A DNA stretch of 64,000 nucleotides. It comes from Botryllus schlosseri. Taxonomy: Eukaryota. Under the pieces are notes generated by a model. It worked only from the letters and a program-made list of their open reading frames with translations, searched no databases and was not told where the DNA came from. Of this stretch, positions 26,467-39,488 are shown piece by piece. Numbering within the stretch: the stretch's first letter is position 1; each line of letters starts with the position of its first letter. Location of the stretch: contig CM119371.1 of NCBI GenBank assembly GCA_051294905.1, forward strand, positions 37,016,001-37,080,000. The letters are read 5' to 3'. Both the position numbers and the translations under genes were made by a program.

Positions 26467-27597
26467 ATGCATACCGGTGTCAAAATTCATGAATGTGATG
26501 TATGTGGAAAATCGTTTACTCGCAAGAGTAAACTGAAGCGTCATATGAAGATCCATGCTGGCGTTAAAAATCATGAATGTGCTGTGTGTGGGAAAGCATT
26601 TACTCAGAAGGGTAACCTGAAGCTTCATACGGAGACACATGCTGGCGTCAAGGGCCATGAATGTGCTGTGTGTGGAAAATCATTTACTCTCAAGAGTAAC
26701 CTCCAACGGCATATGGAGATACATGCTGGCGTCAAAAACCATGAATGTGATTTGTGTGGAAAAGCTTTTACTCAGAAGAGAAACCTCAAGTTTCATATCA
26801 ATATGCATGCTGGCGTCAAGAATCATGAATGTGACGTGTGTGGAAAATTATTTACTCAGAAGGGTAGCCTGAAGCTTCATATGGAGACGCATGCTGGCGT
26901 CAAGGGCCATGAATGTGCTGTGTGTGGAAAATCAGTTACTCTTAAGAGTATCCTCCAACGTCATATGGAGATACATGCTGGCGTCAAAAACCATGAATGT
27001 AATCTGTGTGGGAAAGCATTTATTCAGAAGGGAGACCTCAAGCTTCATATGAATATACATGCTGGCGTCAAAAATCATGAATGTGCTGTGTGTGGAAAAT
27101 CATTTACTTACAAGAATAACCTCAAGCGTCATATGGTGATGCATGTTGGCATCAAAAATCATGAATGTGATGTGTGTGGAAAATTATTTACTCAGAAGGG
27201 TAGCCTGAAGCTTCATATGGAGACGCATGCTGGCGTCAAGGGCCATGAATGTGCTGTGTGTGGAAAATCAGTTACTTTCAAGAGTAACCTCCAACGTCAT
27301 ATGGAGATACATGCTGGCGTCAAAAACCATGAATGTAATCTGTGTGGGAAAGCATTTATTCAGCAGGGAGATCTCAAGCTTCATATGAATATACATGCTG
27401 GCGTCAAAAATCATGAATGTGCTGTGTGTGGAAAATCATTTACTCACAAGAATAACCTCAAGCGTCATATGGCGATGCATGTTGGCATCAAAAATCATGA
27501 ATGTGATGTGTGTGGGAAGGCATTTACTGAGAAGACAACCCTTACCGGACATATGCGGATGCATGCTTGCATGAAAAATCATGAATGTGGTATATGA
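26467..27597 (+). CDS. Tandem C2H2 zinc-finger protein ZNF-B, 13 fingers
   Basis: 376-aa uninterrupted ORF of 28-aa C2H2 repeats. Fingers 5-8 are duplicated as 9-12. Confidence 0.85.
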   Translation: MHTGVKIHECDVCGKSFTRKSKLKRHMKIHAGVKNHECAVCGKAFTQKGNLKLHTETHAGVKGHECAVCGKSFTLKSNLQRHMEIHAGVKNHECDLCGKAFTQKRNLKFHINMHAGVKNHECDVCGKLFTQKGSLKLHMETHAGVKGHECAVCGKSVTLKSILQRHMEIHAGVKNHECNLCGKAFIQKGDLKLHMNIHAGVKNHECAVCGKSFTYKNNLKRHMVMHVGIKNHECDVCGKLFTQKGSLKLHMETHAGVKGHECAVCGKSVTFKSNLQRHMEIHAGVKNHECNLCGKAFIQQGDLKLHMNIHAGVKNHECAVCGKSFTHKNNLKRHMAMHVGIKNHECDVCGKAFTEKTTLTGHMRMHACMKNHECGI

Positions 27598-29444
27598 GGG
27601 AAGGCATTTACTCGGAACAGTCACTTTGAATTCCATATGAATATCCTTGCTGATATCAAAAATCTTGTCTGCAATATTTGCAACAAAGCTCGAACATGCC
27701 CCAGGCGTGGTATCCGAGTGGCAATACAGTCCAAATAATCTACCCCATACGTAATGATGTCCGGTCGCTTGCATGCAATATTTTACGGTTACGAAGCGAC
27801 CAGCAATCGCTAGGTACAACTCGGTACTCATCCGTTAATCACATGCGCACCTATTCGTTGGTTAGTTATCTATTATCAAATGCTTCGTAGTCACTCGGCC
27901 GCGTCTGGCATCTGAGTAAGGTTTATCTTGTGTTGCACTCAAGTGTATAGTCGTATTGAACTTACTTGACGCCAAACACCCATGCTCAAAGTCCATCTCT
28001 GGTGAACTCCTGATTAATCTATTTTATCATATCAGCTTACTATGTGCACCAAAATCGTGAGTGGTCTTGTTACGAACAGTTACTGGGAGTTCACAAGATC
28101 GCTTGAATTCAATAATGAATTCCGTCATTAATATTAGTAGTTCCACATATTACTGTCGTTTATTTAAATGATGAAGGGGGTATTTTCAAAAATTTAGGGC
28201 AAGTTATGAATGATGAATGATGATGCACCTTCGGACTTCGTTGCATGCTGTTTTTTCTAGAACTTCCATCAGGATTGTCCGTATAGTGGTAAGATGTTGG
28301 AATCACTCAAACGTATCAGAAAATCTCAAATGTAATCCAGTTCTCTCAAAAATTCGGGGGTCTCTTCATAAATTCTAGTTGCATGTCGACGGACGCCTAC
28401 ACATACGGGACTGATAGACAATATACCAATCATGTGTTAACTTTACTATTCTTTGAAGTTACGATGAAATGTCTGCCCTTGGTTTGAGTCGTGCACAATG
28501 ACTCGAGTCACTAAAATGACCCGGCTTGAGTCGAATCATTACAAACCTGGCAGGTTGGCCGGCCCTGAACGAGAATATCGATTTCCAGTGCTTTACAACA
28601 AGTGTTTCACGTGACATGCTGTTATGTTTCAAATTACCATAAATATTGTGTTGCTATTGTTGCAGATTAGTTGTAGTCGCCGAGAATTCGAAAGTTCTGT
28701 ATACAGGATAGCGTGACTATGACTGGTAATTGGCTATTCTGCTGTATCGGCCCTTTACAGCGGTGGTGTGTCACATGAGGCAAGCCTATATGAAAGTTGC
28801 AATTGCTGCAGAATCGACGCTCACTGTTCTGAAAATCCATGGTGAGTTGACGAACGCCGCATTGTTGTTGTTGTTGTGAGTTAGACATTTACTGATTCAT
28901 AATTAGCGGTTTTACAATTTTCATCAGCCCTAACTAGGCAATCCAATATACAGTGCTAAACACATGGGCCTATAGCTGGATTTCTAAATGAAACAATCAA
29001 GTCAGTCCAGTTCAATTTAATAATTCGTCATTTCAAAAACATCACAAGATTGCGATAAATGTAAGGTAGGAAGGAAAGGATGTCGAAACGGCCGAGTAGT
29101 TTTCAACGAAACACCCACCTTGAAATAGAACATGTATATAAGAGGAATGCACTCTGAATTGATGGTATAACAGACTAGAATATCTGCATGTTTAATGACT
29201 TGAACGTTGTCATCACATGCTCAACCTTTTTCTAGATAGAAGATTGAAGAAATCGGTAAATTTTACGGGGTAGTGATCGCAGTGGAACTGAATACTGATG
29301 CATTGGTTTATATATCTTCTGTTTAGAACACCAAAACTTTGGAGTACGGTAGTTATTTACTAATGTAATATTATTGTGCTGAAATGCTGTAATATTTTAG
29401 TTTTTCGCTGTAATATGTGAAGAAATCCTCTGTTTATATAGCTA

Positions 29445-29730
29445 GACAAGATAGCGTTGTGGTGAAGCGTCCTGCTTCTTAATGGGTTGATCGTGGGTTC
29501 GATCCGTGACCGGGTCAGACCAAAGACCTGATTAGTCACACCAATCCATGTCTTCCCTGCTTGGCGCTCGTGCATTACTGGGATAGCATAGAGGGGTGGT
29601 GCAATACTTAGAATGCCAGATAAGGCTATATCTGCACCTCCCTTGTCCAGCGGCATATGCACAGATCGTGTGCAGGTATATCATGAGTCGGTTTATACGC
29701 CGTAAAAACATTAGGGACGAAAAATAAATC
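29445..29730 (+). mobile_element. tRNA-derived SINE (family 1); second copy at about 45730-45910
   Basis: Pol III A-box-like TAGCGTTGTGG and B-box GGTTCGATCC, then CCGGGTCAGACCAAAGAC...TTCCCTGCTTGGCGCTC, with an A-rich end. The paralogous site at about 18578 (TATAGCTAAATAATCTG) is empty. Confidence 0.75.
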
Positions 29731-32700
29731 CTAAATAATCTGTCCATATTATGATAGTAAAGAACTACTAGGTGTAGCTGGTGCACTTTATTTGTTTATT
29801 TTTTTCTCTGGTTGTGTTTTTATTTTGTATTTCATGATAAATTATGGGCACCAAGCCTCGATGACAGTGACAGTCGTTCACTCGTTCTTTTGTACTGCAA
29901 CATTATTTATTTTCTATACGTTGCATTTATTTGATTTCCAAACTCACTCTTCTGTGAAAAAACGTAGCCTATTCGCATTTTGTATTTCAAACATTAGGAG
30001 TTTCCTCATTTGTGTTCAAGCGTAGTAAGTACCGCTGCGATGATAGCAGTAACCTAACATGAATCCACATTTTATCAAATTCACATTTCATACATAATTT
30101 GGCTTTTGGTGTAACGACCCCAGACAGGGTTTCTTAAACCTTTTTGATCGCGGATCACGTCAAGTTTTCTGGACGGTTGTGCGTAACCCCCAAATTTCAG
30201 TGGCCAAAGACCGAAAGGTCATCACCTCAAACTGTATTTAGGCTATTTCACTTCTAAAATAACATAACAAATGCCCAGATAAAGTAGGCACAGCCCGACT
30301 CATGATGTCGTTCTCAGAGGTTAATCTGGTTTTGTAGTTTCTTGATGACGTAATGCCCTTTCACCTCCCCCTAAAACGACTTCGCGGATCCCTAAGGGGT
30401 GCCCAGTTCGAGAGCCCCTGACCTAAGATTTCGGTATGTTTTGATATGATTATTTGCCATTGTCATGCTCATTTGAATTAAATCTGATCTGATAAAGAAC
30501 TGAAGTTGATTTTTGTTGTAATTCTTTCTAATGCGGAATGTTATTCAATCATCAACTTGTTGAGAATTCAGTTATTTTTATTGTTATCTAATTTTGAAAA
30601 ATCTGTGTTGCTACATGATATTAATTCTAATATCATTTGTTAAAGCTGTCCAACTCTCCTTGACAGCTTGCGGGACGCGCCGTTCTCCAACAGATTCAAA
30701 CTTTCATCCGAGCTCGCCGCCTGATGACGATGCAAGATGGAAATCCTGTGAAAATAACGGAAGACCGCCCGCTTTCGGTCATAGAAGGTATAAAGGTTTA
30801 TGCGGGTCAGTACCCCGTGAAATGGGTCCACTGCGACGACACGCTACATTCTGATTTTCCGAGATCGTTTTGAACTTTCCGGGAGCTGGATCACGTTGTC
30901 GTCAGTCCAACTACGCCCATATTTTGTCAAAGTAGTCACGGCTGCTACTCTTGGCAAACTCAAAGTAACGTTGTAAATCTCTACTCGAGTACAAGAAAGG
31001 ATTTATACAATTGATTAGTGGTAGTATATTCATATTGAAATGAACTCGAATATTTAATAATTGTCAGCAAGTACCGTAGTAGCGAATTGTTAAGAACATT
31101 GTATATCAGCAATCGCATCACAAAATATAACGTCACCAGCATGAAATTTCAAATCGTGGCGAAGAGAGTGCTTAGCTCAAGGTTCTATTTTTAGATGGTA
31201 GGCTACACGAATTCCGTCTGTTGGCACAAACTAGGTTGGTGCATTTTGATAAAAGTCGAGTCCGAGGCACCCAGTTTGCGTGCCATCTAAAATAGTACAT
31301 TAAATCAGGGTTGTAACCAAGTCACAAGTCAATCTCAGTTTTATAGTTCTGACTCGAGTCAAGTCGAGTCATTTTCAATTCAAGTCCGAGTCCATATCAG
31401 CTAATAGACGGTCGAGTCCGAGTTATTATCTTAACTGTTCAGTTTACAGTTCAATCCGGCTCAACCCCCTTCCAACTGTGCTCGGGTGATATGGATTGGC
31501 TCGCATTCATAATATAGCAATTCCACCTGGTCTTGACAGTTTCTGGCCCTATTGTCGAAGTATTCGGACTGATGGACAAAATCTAAATAATGTGATAACT
31601 TTGCCATTCATCACGGTTATAATGAAATGTCTGTCTTGGCCGTTCCAGTCTAAGGTCGTATGGCTTGGTTCGAGTCATGCAAAATGATTCGGGTGCAAGT
31701 TGAGTCAATACAAGAATTGAGTCGAGTCATTTTATGCCACTTATAATAACTAAAAATGTAAAGGAGCGATTTCTAAGACCTGTCAAAACTCAGGGTGTGA
31801 CAAAAGTCACAAGGTTTCGACTCACGAGTCAATTTGACTTTTATAATTTTGACTCGAGTCAAGCCGAGTAATTTATAATTTACCACCGAGTCGCCACCTA
31901 AAAATTACGAGTTTAAGCGAGCTCTCTTTGCTTTGAATCTTTCGATTATTCGAAATTTAATGCTGGTGAGGTCATATGTTGGGATACCGTACCATTATTG
32001 ATATACAAAATCTTTTCCAATGACAATTATCCCTGACGAGTGTCAGCCGAAAATATTCGGGCTCGTTTCAATTTGAATTCACTATTCAATAGTAGGCTAC
32101 GTATTGAGTATCAGAACCGGACACAGAACACATATTAGTGTCTGTAGAAATAGCGGCATTGGCCGGCTCCAGCCGACATTTCTCGTGAAATTCTGTCGTT
32201 TCGTGTCAGGTCAAGTCGCGTTTCGTCACGGAGCACCGAAGTGCCAAAGAAATCCAGGCTCACAGGATCGCCCAGTGGGAGGCCGCGCTGAAACGTGAGA
32301 ACGGCGTGGAAACCATGATTTCTGCGTGTCGACTCACCGCCCCCTGGCATGGTGTATCCGATGGGCGGTTGATGATTCCGGGGCTGGCACGGGAAGAAGC
32401 CGCAGAGATTTTGTTCGAACAGGTTTGATTTTGTTAGTTTTCAAATTGGTGCTATGGTGCTCAATATACATGGGGGGCGTACTACATTTGCAAAATTACG
32501 GTAGTACAAAGTTATGCGCGTTACTGACATATCAGTGAAGTTGTGATCAACCCACAGCGTTGACACGAAGTGCAAAGAAATAGTCATTGTCGAAAAAACT
32601 ACTAAATTATCTTTCATGTGATCGTAACATATGCGTACGCACTACGCAGCAATGCCGTGAGTGTAGTACAACACAACTTGAAAGCAGCCTGGGCCTCGTT

Positions 32701-33154
32701 CAAGACTTGTTATCTGGGAAATCTTAGGAGACTCTGTAAATGATAAATAATTAAAATTCATTGGAATTGGGCAGTACAATTTAACGAGATTAGGCAGTAT
32801 AGACCTGATCTCGTCTCGCTTCATGGTGTAGTTGGTTCTGAATCCAACGATATATTACTCATTGGTTTCGCATCCCGTTAAGGTCATGCTTTACAGTTTT
32901 GAAAAGTCAAGCAAAATCTTTTGGAAAAACCAGCCGGTGCCAGCCAGTTAAGACCATTATCTGTGAAATCTAAGGAGACTCTAAATACTAAATCATTAAA
33001 ATTCATTGGATTTAGACAGTCTACGATTTAGCTAAATTTGGCAGCATAATGAAGGCTTGCAAACAGCTTAGTCGTAATTCTTACGAAAGACACTAAGCTG
33101 AAGTTGATGATTTTAAGCAGGACTTAGCCTTGCTGAGACTTTCAAAGAACCATG

Positions 33155-33604
33155 CAGGGTTGTAACCAAGTCACATGGCTCCGAGTCAAAAGTCAATTTC
33201 ACTTTTATAATTTTGACTTGTGTCAAGTCGAGTCATTTTCAATTCGCCACTGAGTCAAGTCCGAGTGATGGTATTGTGACTCGAGTCCGTGTCATTGCGT
33301 TGACTGCCAAGTTTCCCGTTGAAGACTTGTTAAACAGACTTTGTATAACTCTGTTTGATGATATCGAAAAATTCGCATTTATAATATACTAATTTTCCTT
33401 ACTTCTAACAGTTTCTGGTCGCATTTTCAAGTACCGTTCCAGTACAAATAGACGAAATCCCAATAGTGTGGTTACTTTACTATTCTTCTAAATTACAATG
33501 AAATGTCGGTCTTGGACGTCTGTGTCTCGAGTCATTTCTGTAGTTTGAGAAAATGATTCAAGTCGAGTCATCGGAAAATCGTGACCCGAGTCATTACAAC
33601 CCTG
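33155..33604. mobile_element. About 450-bp hAT-type MITE rich in GACTCGAGTC palindromes; the most abundant repeat in the window
   Basis: Termini CAGGGTTGTAA / TTACAACCCTG with 8-bp TSD GAACCATG/GAACCCTG. Other full or partial copies at about 1-315, 3190-3745, 5115-5690, 8178-8720, 16693-17710, 23179-23544, 31307-31900, 33990-34520, 35878-36335 and 63386-64000. Confidence 0.85.
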
Positions 33605-36600
33605 GAACCCTGCTTGAAATTTGTGATGTCACAAGCATGGCAGCAATTGAAATTTGGAATATTTACTTTCCAGCTGCATACATTTGTTGTAATTACCTGT
33701 TTGGTCAATTTTGATATTGTAATTTCTCAGAATTTGTTCAAAAATTTTACTACTCCCCAAGCTAAGATAGTTGAGAACCACTGTGTTAGGTTGTGATTTC
33801 CAGTTGACAATCAAATCTATTTTATATTATTTCAGGACAACGACAGGTTATCTCTGCCAACTCTGGTGCTGGAGAAAGGCTCTCGCCTCGAATCTGGTTC
33901 TGTCAGGTGAACTATTTTATGGCTGTCTAACTAATGTTAGAAAAAATTTTGTTCGGGTAACAAACTGACTCTAGAACTTGACAACATCCGCTAAATCTTA
34001 CTTGATCTGTACTTACCTAATCTTACTCCAGTCACGATTTTTTGGTGACTCGACTTGACTCGGGTCATTTTGTCAAATGCGTAAAATGACTCGTCTCGAG
34101 TAATTTTCTGTATTGACTCGACTTGTTCTCGAGTCATTATGCATGACCCGAACCAAGTAACATAACTCGAGACTATGACGGCCAAGACAGACATTTCATT
34201 GTAACTTAGAAGAATAGTAAAGTTACTCCTTGATTGCTATTTCGTCTTTCAGTCCTGATACTTGGAAAATGGGCCAAAACTGTTAAGACTGAGGAAAATG
34301 ACGATATTATGAATTGGAGCCATTCTATATAACATGAGCAGAGTTGTAAACAGTGGGTTTAACCGGATTGGACTGAAAACTGAACAGTTAACATTGCGAC
34401 TTGGACTTCACCTCTACTAGCTGTTTTGGAGTCCCTAGCGAATTGAAAATGACTCGAGGCAAAATCGTAAAAGTCGGATTGGCTTGTGACTTGGATCCTT
34501 GTGACTTGGTTACAATCCTGGTTTCAACTAGTCGTTGTGACGATTTCAATTTCACTCGTAAATGCGACAGACATTTGTTTCAAAAGTAGGCCTACTATCT
34601 GCTTTACAAAATCCAAAACTACAAATGAAAGTAGTCAAAACACACTACTTCTTGGGTGCAAGTACACAATGTACAAGTCAACATACTTCGTTACTGACAA
34701 CCTCCATATCAGGTATATTTCTTGAATTGTAAAACGAAGTGATCTCAGTGCCTTTAATGTGTCTTAATACATCTGTTGCAGGTGGAACATCCATGCCTCC
34801 CGGCTTTTTGCACTGATTGTTGTCTGAGCTCGAAGATCTGATCGCGGTTGAGGAACGATACAAGCCTGTTTGTTATGATTTTTTTGTCCGTAATTACTTC
34901 TAATTACAAGGAGAGTTTGACGAATAATAGATTTTAAACTATTCCAAATTAGATCATCAATTACACTTATAGCTACAGTTTTTTTCAAATTAAATTAGTA
35001 TTCGAATTAATCACTGAATTAGCATGCACTTGAAATTGAATTAAATTCCTAATTCCATTTATGTATTTCGCATTCTCAGTTGTCCGAGTGTTGGTTTTGC
35101 GTTCATAACACACCGGTCTGCGGAAATATCGTGTCGTGGTTGGGAGCCTCTATGTACGCCTCGCTGAAGACCTTCCCACAGAGATCCGTAACGAAGGAAT
35201 ATTTTATTGAGGTGAGGTTATTGTCTGTTATGGCTTGCGTTCGAAATAGCCAAGTGTCATAATATCTCATGGCATTCAAAATAGTTAGTGTACTGGCTGG
35301 ACAGGAAAAGCAGGGCTGTGGTGTCGGTTCACTGTATCTCTAACTGAGACATTTTGAATAGGCCGATTAATATTTTCTTCACCGAACTCAGACTCAAGCA
35401 TTCCTGTAAATCCTTTCAGATAATTTTACATTTAGTACATATTTAGTTATTATTATTGAGACTCTCGGAGGTACAGAGTTCAACGTACAAATCATATATT
35501 AATATTGAAATGATCCGTAATATTTTCAGCTGATACTCATCAGGGGTGATCGTCAGCAGCTAGTGGAGAATTGGAATGAACAGTGTATGTCAACAATCGT
35601 ATCACATATGTTCTTTCAAATTCTCTACTAATTGCTGCCGATTACCGCTGATGAGTGTCATCAGCCTAAAATATTCGGGTTCGTTTCAATATGGATATAC
35701 TATTCAATTGCATATTGAAGTTTTTTACCTCCGAGAAGCTCTGCAAATAGTGAAGAATTGGAAAGAACTTGTATGTAAACTATCATATCACCAAATATGA
35801 CGTCACATTCACAAAATATCAAGTATTCGGGAAGAACAGAGGGGTTGAGCTAAATGTAATATTTTTAGAGTATATAACAGGATTGTAACCAAGTCACAAG
35901 TCAATCTCATTTTTATAGTTTTGACTCGAGTCAAGTCGAGTCAATATTCAATTCACCATCGAGTCAATTCCAAGTAGGTTGGTAGATGGCCGAGTCAGAG
36001 TCATAGTGTTTTGACTCTGGTCTAAGTCATTATGTTCACTGTTCAGTTTTGAGTACAATCGGGTCCAACCCACTTTTTTTAACTCTGCTCGAGGGATATA
36101 GAATGGCTCGTATTCATAATATCGTAATTTTCCTCAGTCCCAACAGTTTCTGGCATGTTTTTCAAGTATCATGACTGATAGACAAAATACCAACAATGTG
36201 GTGACTTTACTGTTCTTATAATGTAGAGACTGTCTTGACCGCCTTGGTCTCGAGTCAAGTCATTTTACGGATTTGAAAAAATGACTCGAGTCACTAAAAA
36301 ATCGTGACACGAATCTGTGTCAAATCGAGTCAATGCCTGCGATAATATAGTCTTCCCTTATTTCAGAACAAACATCGACTTCCGGATTGCTGATGGGATC
36401 TGCAACCTCCCGAATTTCAGCCTGAAAAACCAGCAGCGATAAAGTCCGGCCGTAAAAGCCTGCTTTACCTCGGCTCGTCAGCGCTGAAACGTCGTTGAGG
36501 TCCAGTGTCGGATCGGTACCAAGAAATTCCGAAGCCGTATCGGCCCTGGCTGCGTTGAGACTGGCACAAGCCGAGAAGAAGTAGCTCGGTTTTATTCAAG

Positions 36601-39488
36601 ATAGGATTGTCGGTTGCTTGTTCTGTGGAAATATTGCTGTCTGCTGATATACAGGCCGCACCAGGGAGTTCCTGTGTCGGCCGATTGGTTCTGCATCTAG
36701 GGTTGGGCAATATTGAGTATTTGAGTATCACTAATTATGACATGGCAACAGTTGGAATGATGTGGCTTCAAGGTTCAATTATCTACCTTTTATGCGACCA
36801 CTATGATAGGGTTGCGATATTTTGGGTTCCAGAAAGGAGGACACTTTGCAAGTTACAAAATTCACAATACTGAACCCAAAAAGTGCTGATGCTACTATTT
36901 TTACGGGAAATAATGTTCCGTTAACTTGAAAATGTCAACTTTTCGACCCACTTCATCAAAATGCTGCTGTGTTGTTGACTAAAAAATAAAAGGTAATATT
37001 TGCAGTCCTACTTCTGAAAGACCCGCCCGAACATCCACGGTAGCGACAATTTGTGTATATATTTATTGAATCCAGCCACTGGGAACATTTGTTGTCTGAA
37101 ATTTTATCCCAATAAACTGCTATATTTTATAGTGCTGGTATTTTTTGCTGATTGTGTGCGCAGGAGTGGGTCAACATTGTTACTTCGGTAGAAGTAATAC
37201 CATAAAGTCCTACCTATTTGCAAGTAAAAGTATTTATAGTGTGGTGCCAGTAGCGTGCTGACTTAATTTTGTCCGCAATATTTTGCTGTCATCTGGGTGG
37301 ATAGATCGGTTGATCAAAGTGTTCGATCTAAACATTCTACGCATTCTTAAGACAGAATGCAACAATTAATGGATCAATCCCTTTGTTTGTTTTGATAAAT
37401 CACTTACAACAGCAATTTACTGTTTCTGTATTTTGAGATTGTATGACCGACGACTTGATTTACTGACGTTCGTTCCTGATGAAAGTCAGCCGAATAGCTC
37501 AGAGTGGCATACATTTAGCGATATGATTTTGAGCGTATTGTTTTTGGCATAAAAGTTGGCAGTTTAAATCTGTTGACGTAGAAATACTTAGCTGACATAA
37601 TCTCTCAAGTAAGCAGTACAGGTTGACTAAAATCATATACCAGAATGCTCCAAAAAAGCAGCACTTCGATACTTGCTACCTCCAAGGAAAATTTCTGATG
37701 CTACCCAAGTAGACGCCATAATAGTGAAGTAGATCAAAGCTACTGCACGTAGTAGCAGAATAGAACGTAGTTGAAAAGTCCTAGAAGTAAATCTGAACTA
37801 GACGATAGGGCTACCTGACTTGAGAATGAGTTTAAAAATGATGCGCGAACTTTAAAGATTATTGAAGTGAGAGTAGTCTAAGACCACTCGCGGAAGGATG
37901 GTCCGCTGTTGTGATTGTGGGTGTTATGTTCTTGATCTTGTTTGAACAATAACTCAATACGACGAGGTTGCAATAAGAAATCAGTATATTGTACAGCAGA
38001 ATAACTTAACGGCAGCGACACGATCCAGAGTTTCAGTTAAATGAAAAGACCACGAGACAACAGAACACAGGGTATAAATACAAGCATGACACACGAGGAA
38101 ATAATGATTGGCTGAAATTACTAATCCTATAGAAATAAAGAGTTCTACGACACCGAACGTAAATGCACGAACATAACAGTGGGATTTTGTGATATCATCA
38201 ATAGACCACAGCTTTGCCATTTATGGCGCGTTCCGCCATTTATACTCAAGGGATTTTATCGTAATCCGTCCGGTCCGCCGTTTAGTACTGGCCGTGATGT
38301 GATTACAATAACAACAATATAATGAATATTAATTGTCAAGTCAGTACGGAACTACGAATCACGAGTACTGTTGCTGTGATTATGTTCAGAATAAGGTCAG
38401 TCTTTACGTTCAATGTAGGATCAGTATGTTGACAATAAGGTCATTCCACGGTTGAGGGTTCATGGCATTTAGGAAGGGCTGGGGACGAGGGTCCTATCCA
38501 GGGTCGGGCTCGCTCACCACTATACACGCTATCTCTCCCACTAATGATAGTAACTTCTGTTCAAAATTTTTCAAAATTTCACTGGATACGTTATAAAATA
38601 GTTATGTTGGCTAAAATGATGTTGCACACCAAATTTGGCGGAATTCCAACCAGTATGCAGAGTTCTTGCATCAAGAAGTTTTGAATTTATTTAAAAAATA
38701 GTAATTGAAATTTCATGCCCAACCTGTAAAATTATTAGGCTGTCAGTAGAGACGATGCAAGCCAAATTGGGCTCAATTTCAACCAGTAGAAGCGATGTTG
38801 TTGCAGTAGAAATTGAATTGAAAAATTTGAATAAAATAGTATTTGTGGTGGCTAGTTCTTACATTATTTATTATAGAATCTTGAAATTGATCATTTTTAT
38901 ACTGCAATAGCTTCGCTTCCAGTGGTTGGAATTGAGCCGAATTTGGCGTGCATTATCTCCACTGACAGCCTAACGAATTTATGGGATGGACTGAAAATTC
39001 TAGAAATTTTATTCGAAATATTTTTACCATAGGAATTTCGCTTCTGCCTGTTGGATTCGAGCCAAATTTGGTGTGCAGTGTTTTTTTTTTAGCCAACCTA
39101 ACAATTTTGTCAAGTATCCAGTGAAATTTCAAAAGTTTTTTTGTTGAACAACCCTAATGCACAAATTAGCATTCCAGCATTTATAAATGTTGAAATAGAG
39201 GTAGTCAGGTAGTATATGAAAAAGACAACTTGAGATAGTGAAGCAAGTAGATAAATCCTGTGTACTACGGAAAAGCAGAAATACTTCGTAACTGATGACC
39301 TCTTTTAGGGGGACAGTAGACATATGTCGAGCGTGATAAGGGGTGATGAGTAGAGCCGGGACAATCGAGTATTAGGCTTCGAGTCGATTGTTTGAGTATG
39401 ACTGGTTATGACGTCACAAAATTGTGAATGATATGGAAATATGTACCTTCTATGCGACCACAATGAATAGAATGCCAGTTCTACATCA

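Larger units (their letters stand above)
28736..36393 (+). pseudogene. ACTR10: ACTR10-like spliced pseudogene, copy 3
   Basis: Exons 28736-28841 (ATG changed to ATT), 30667-30795 (LAGRAVLQQIQT...VIEGIK), 32210-32422 (VKSRFVT...EEAAEILFEQ), 33836-33906 (29-bp deletion), 34782-34867 (GTSMPPGFLH then TGA at 34814), 35080-35211 (..VSWLGASMYASL...RSVTKEYFIE), 36367 onward (NKHRLPDC then TGA). AG/GT boundaries are visible. Confidence 0.85.

Noticed and set aside
27595..27597. TGA at the second Cys position (CGI*, also SGI* at 15671) as possible selenocysteine or readthrough
   Set aside because: The downstream finger lacks its second His in both copies, A has also lost the first Cys, and I saw no SECIS. 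An ancestral nonsense mutation is simpler.
29445..29520. tRNA gene
   Set aside because: A/B boxes are present, but I could not fold a cloverleaf, and it runs into a SINE body with an empty paralogous site.
37560..37900. PECSKKAALRYLLP resembling a hAT transposase C-terminus
   Set aside because: One short motif with no supporting flanking motifs.
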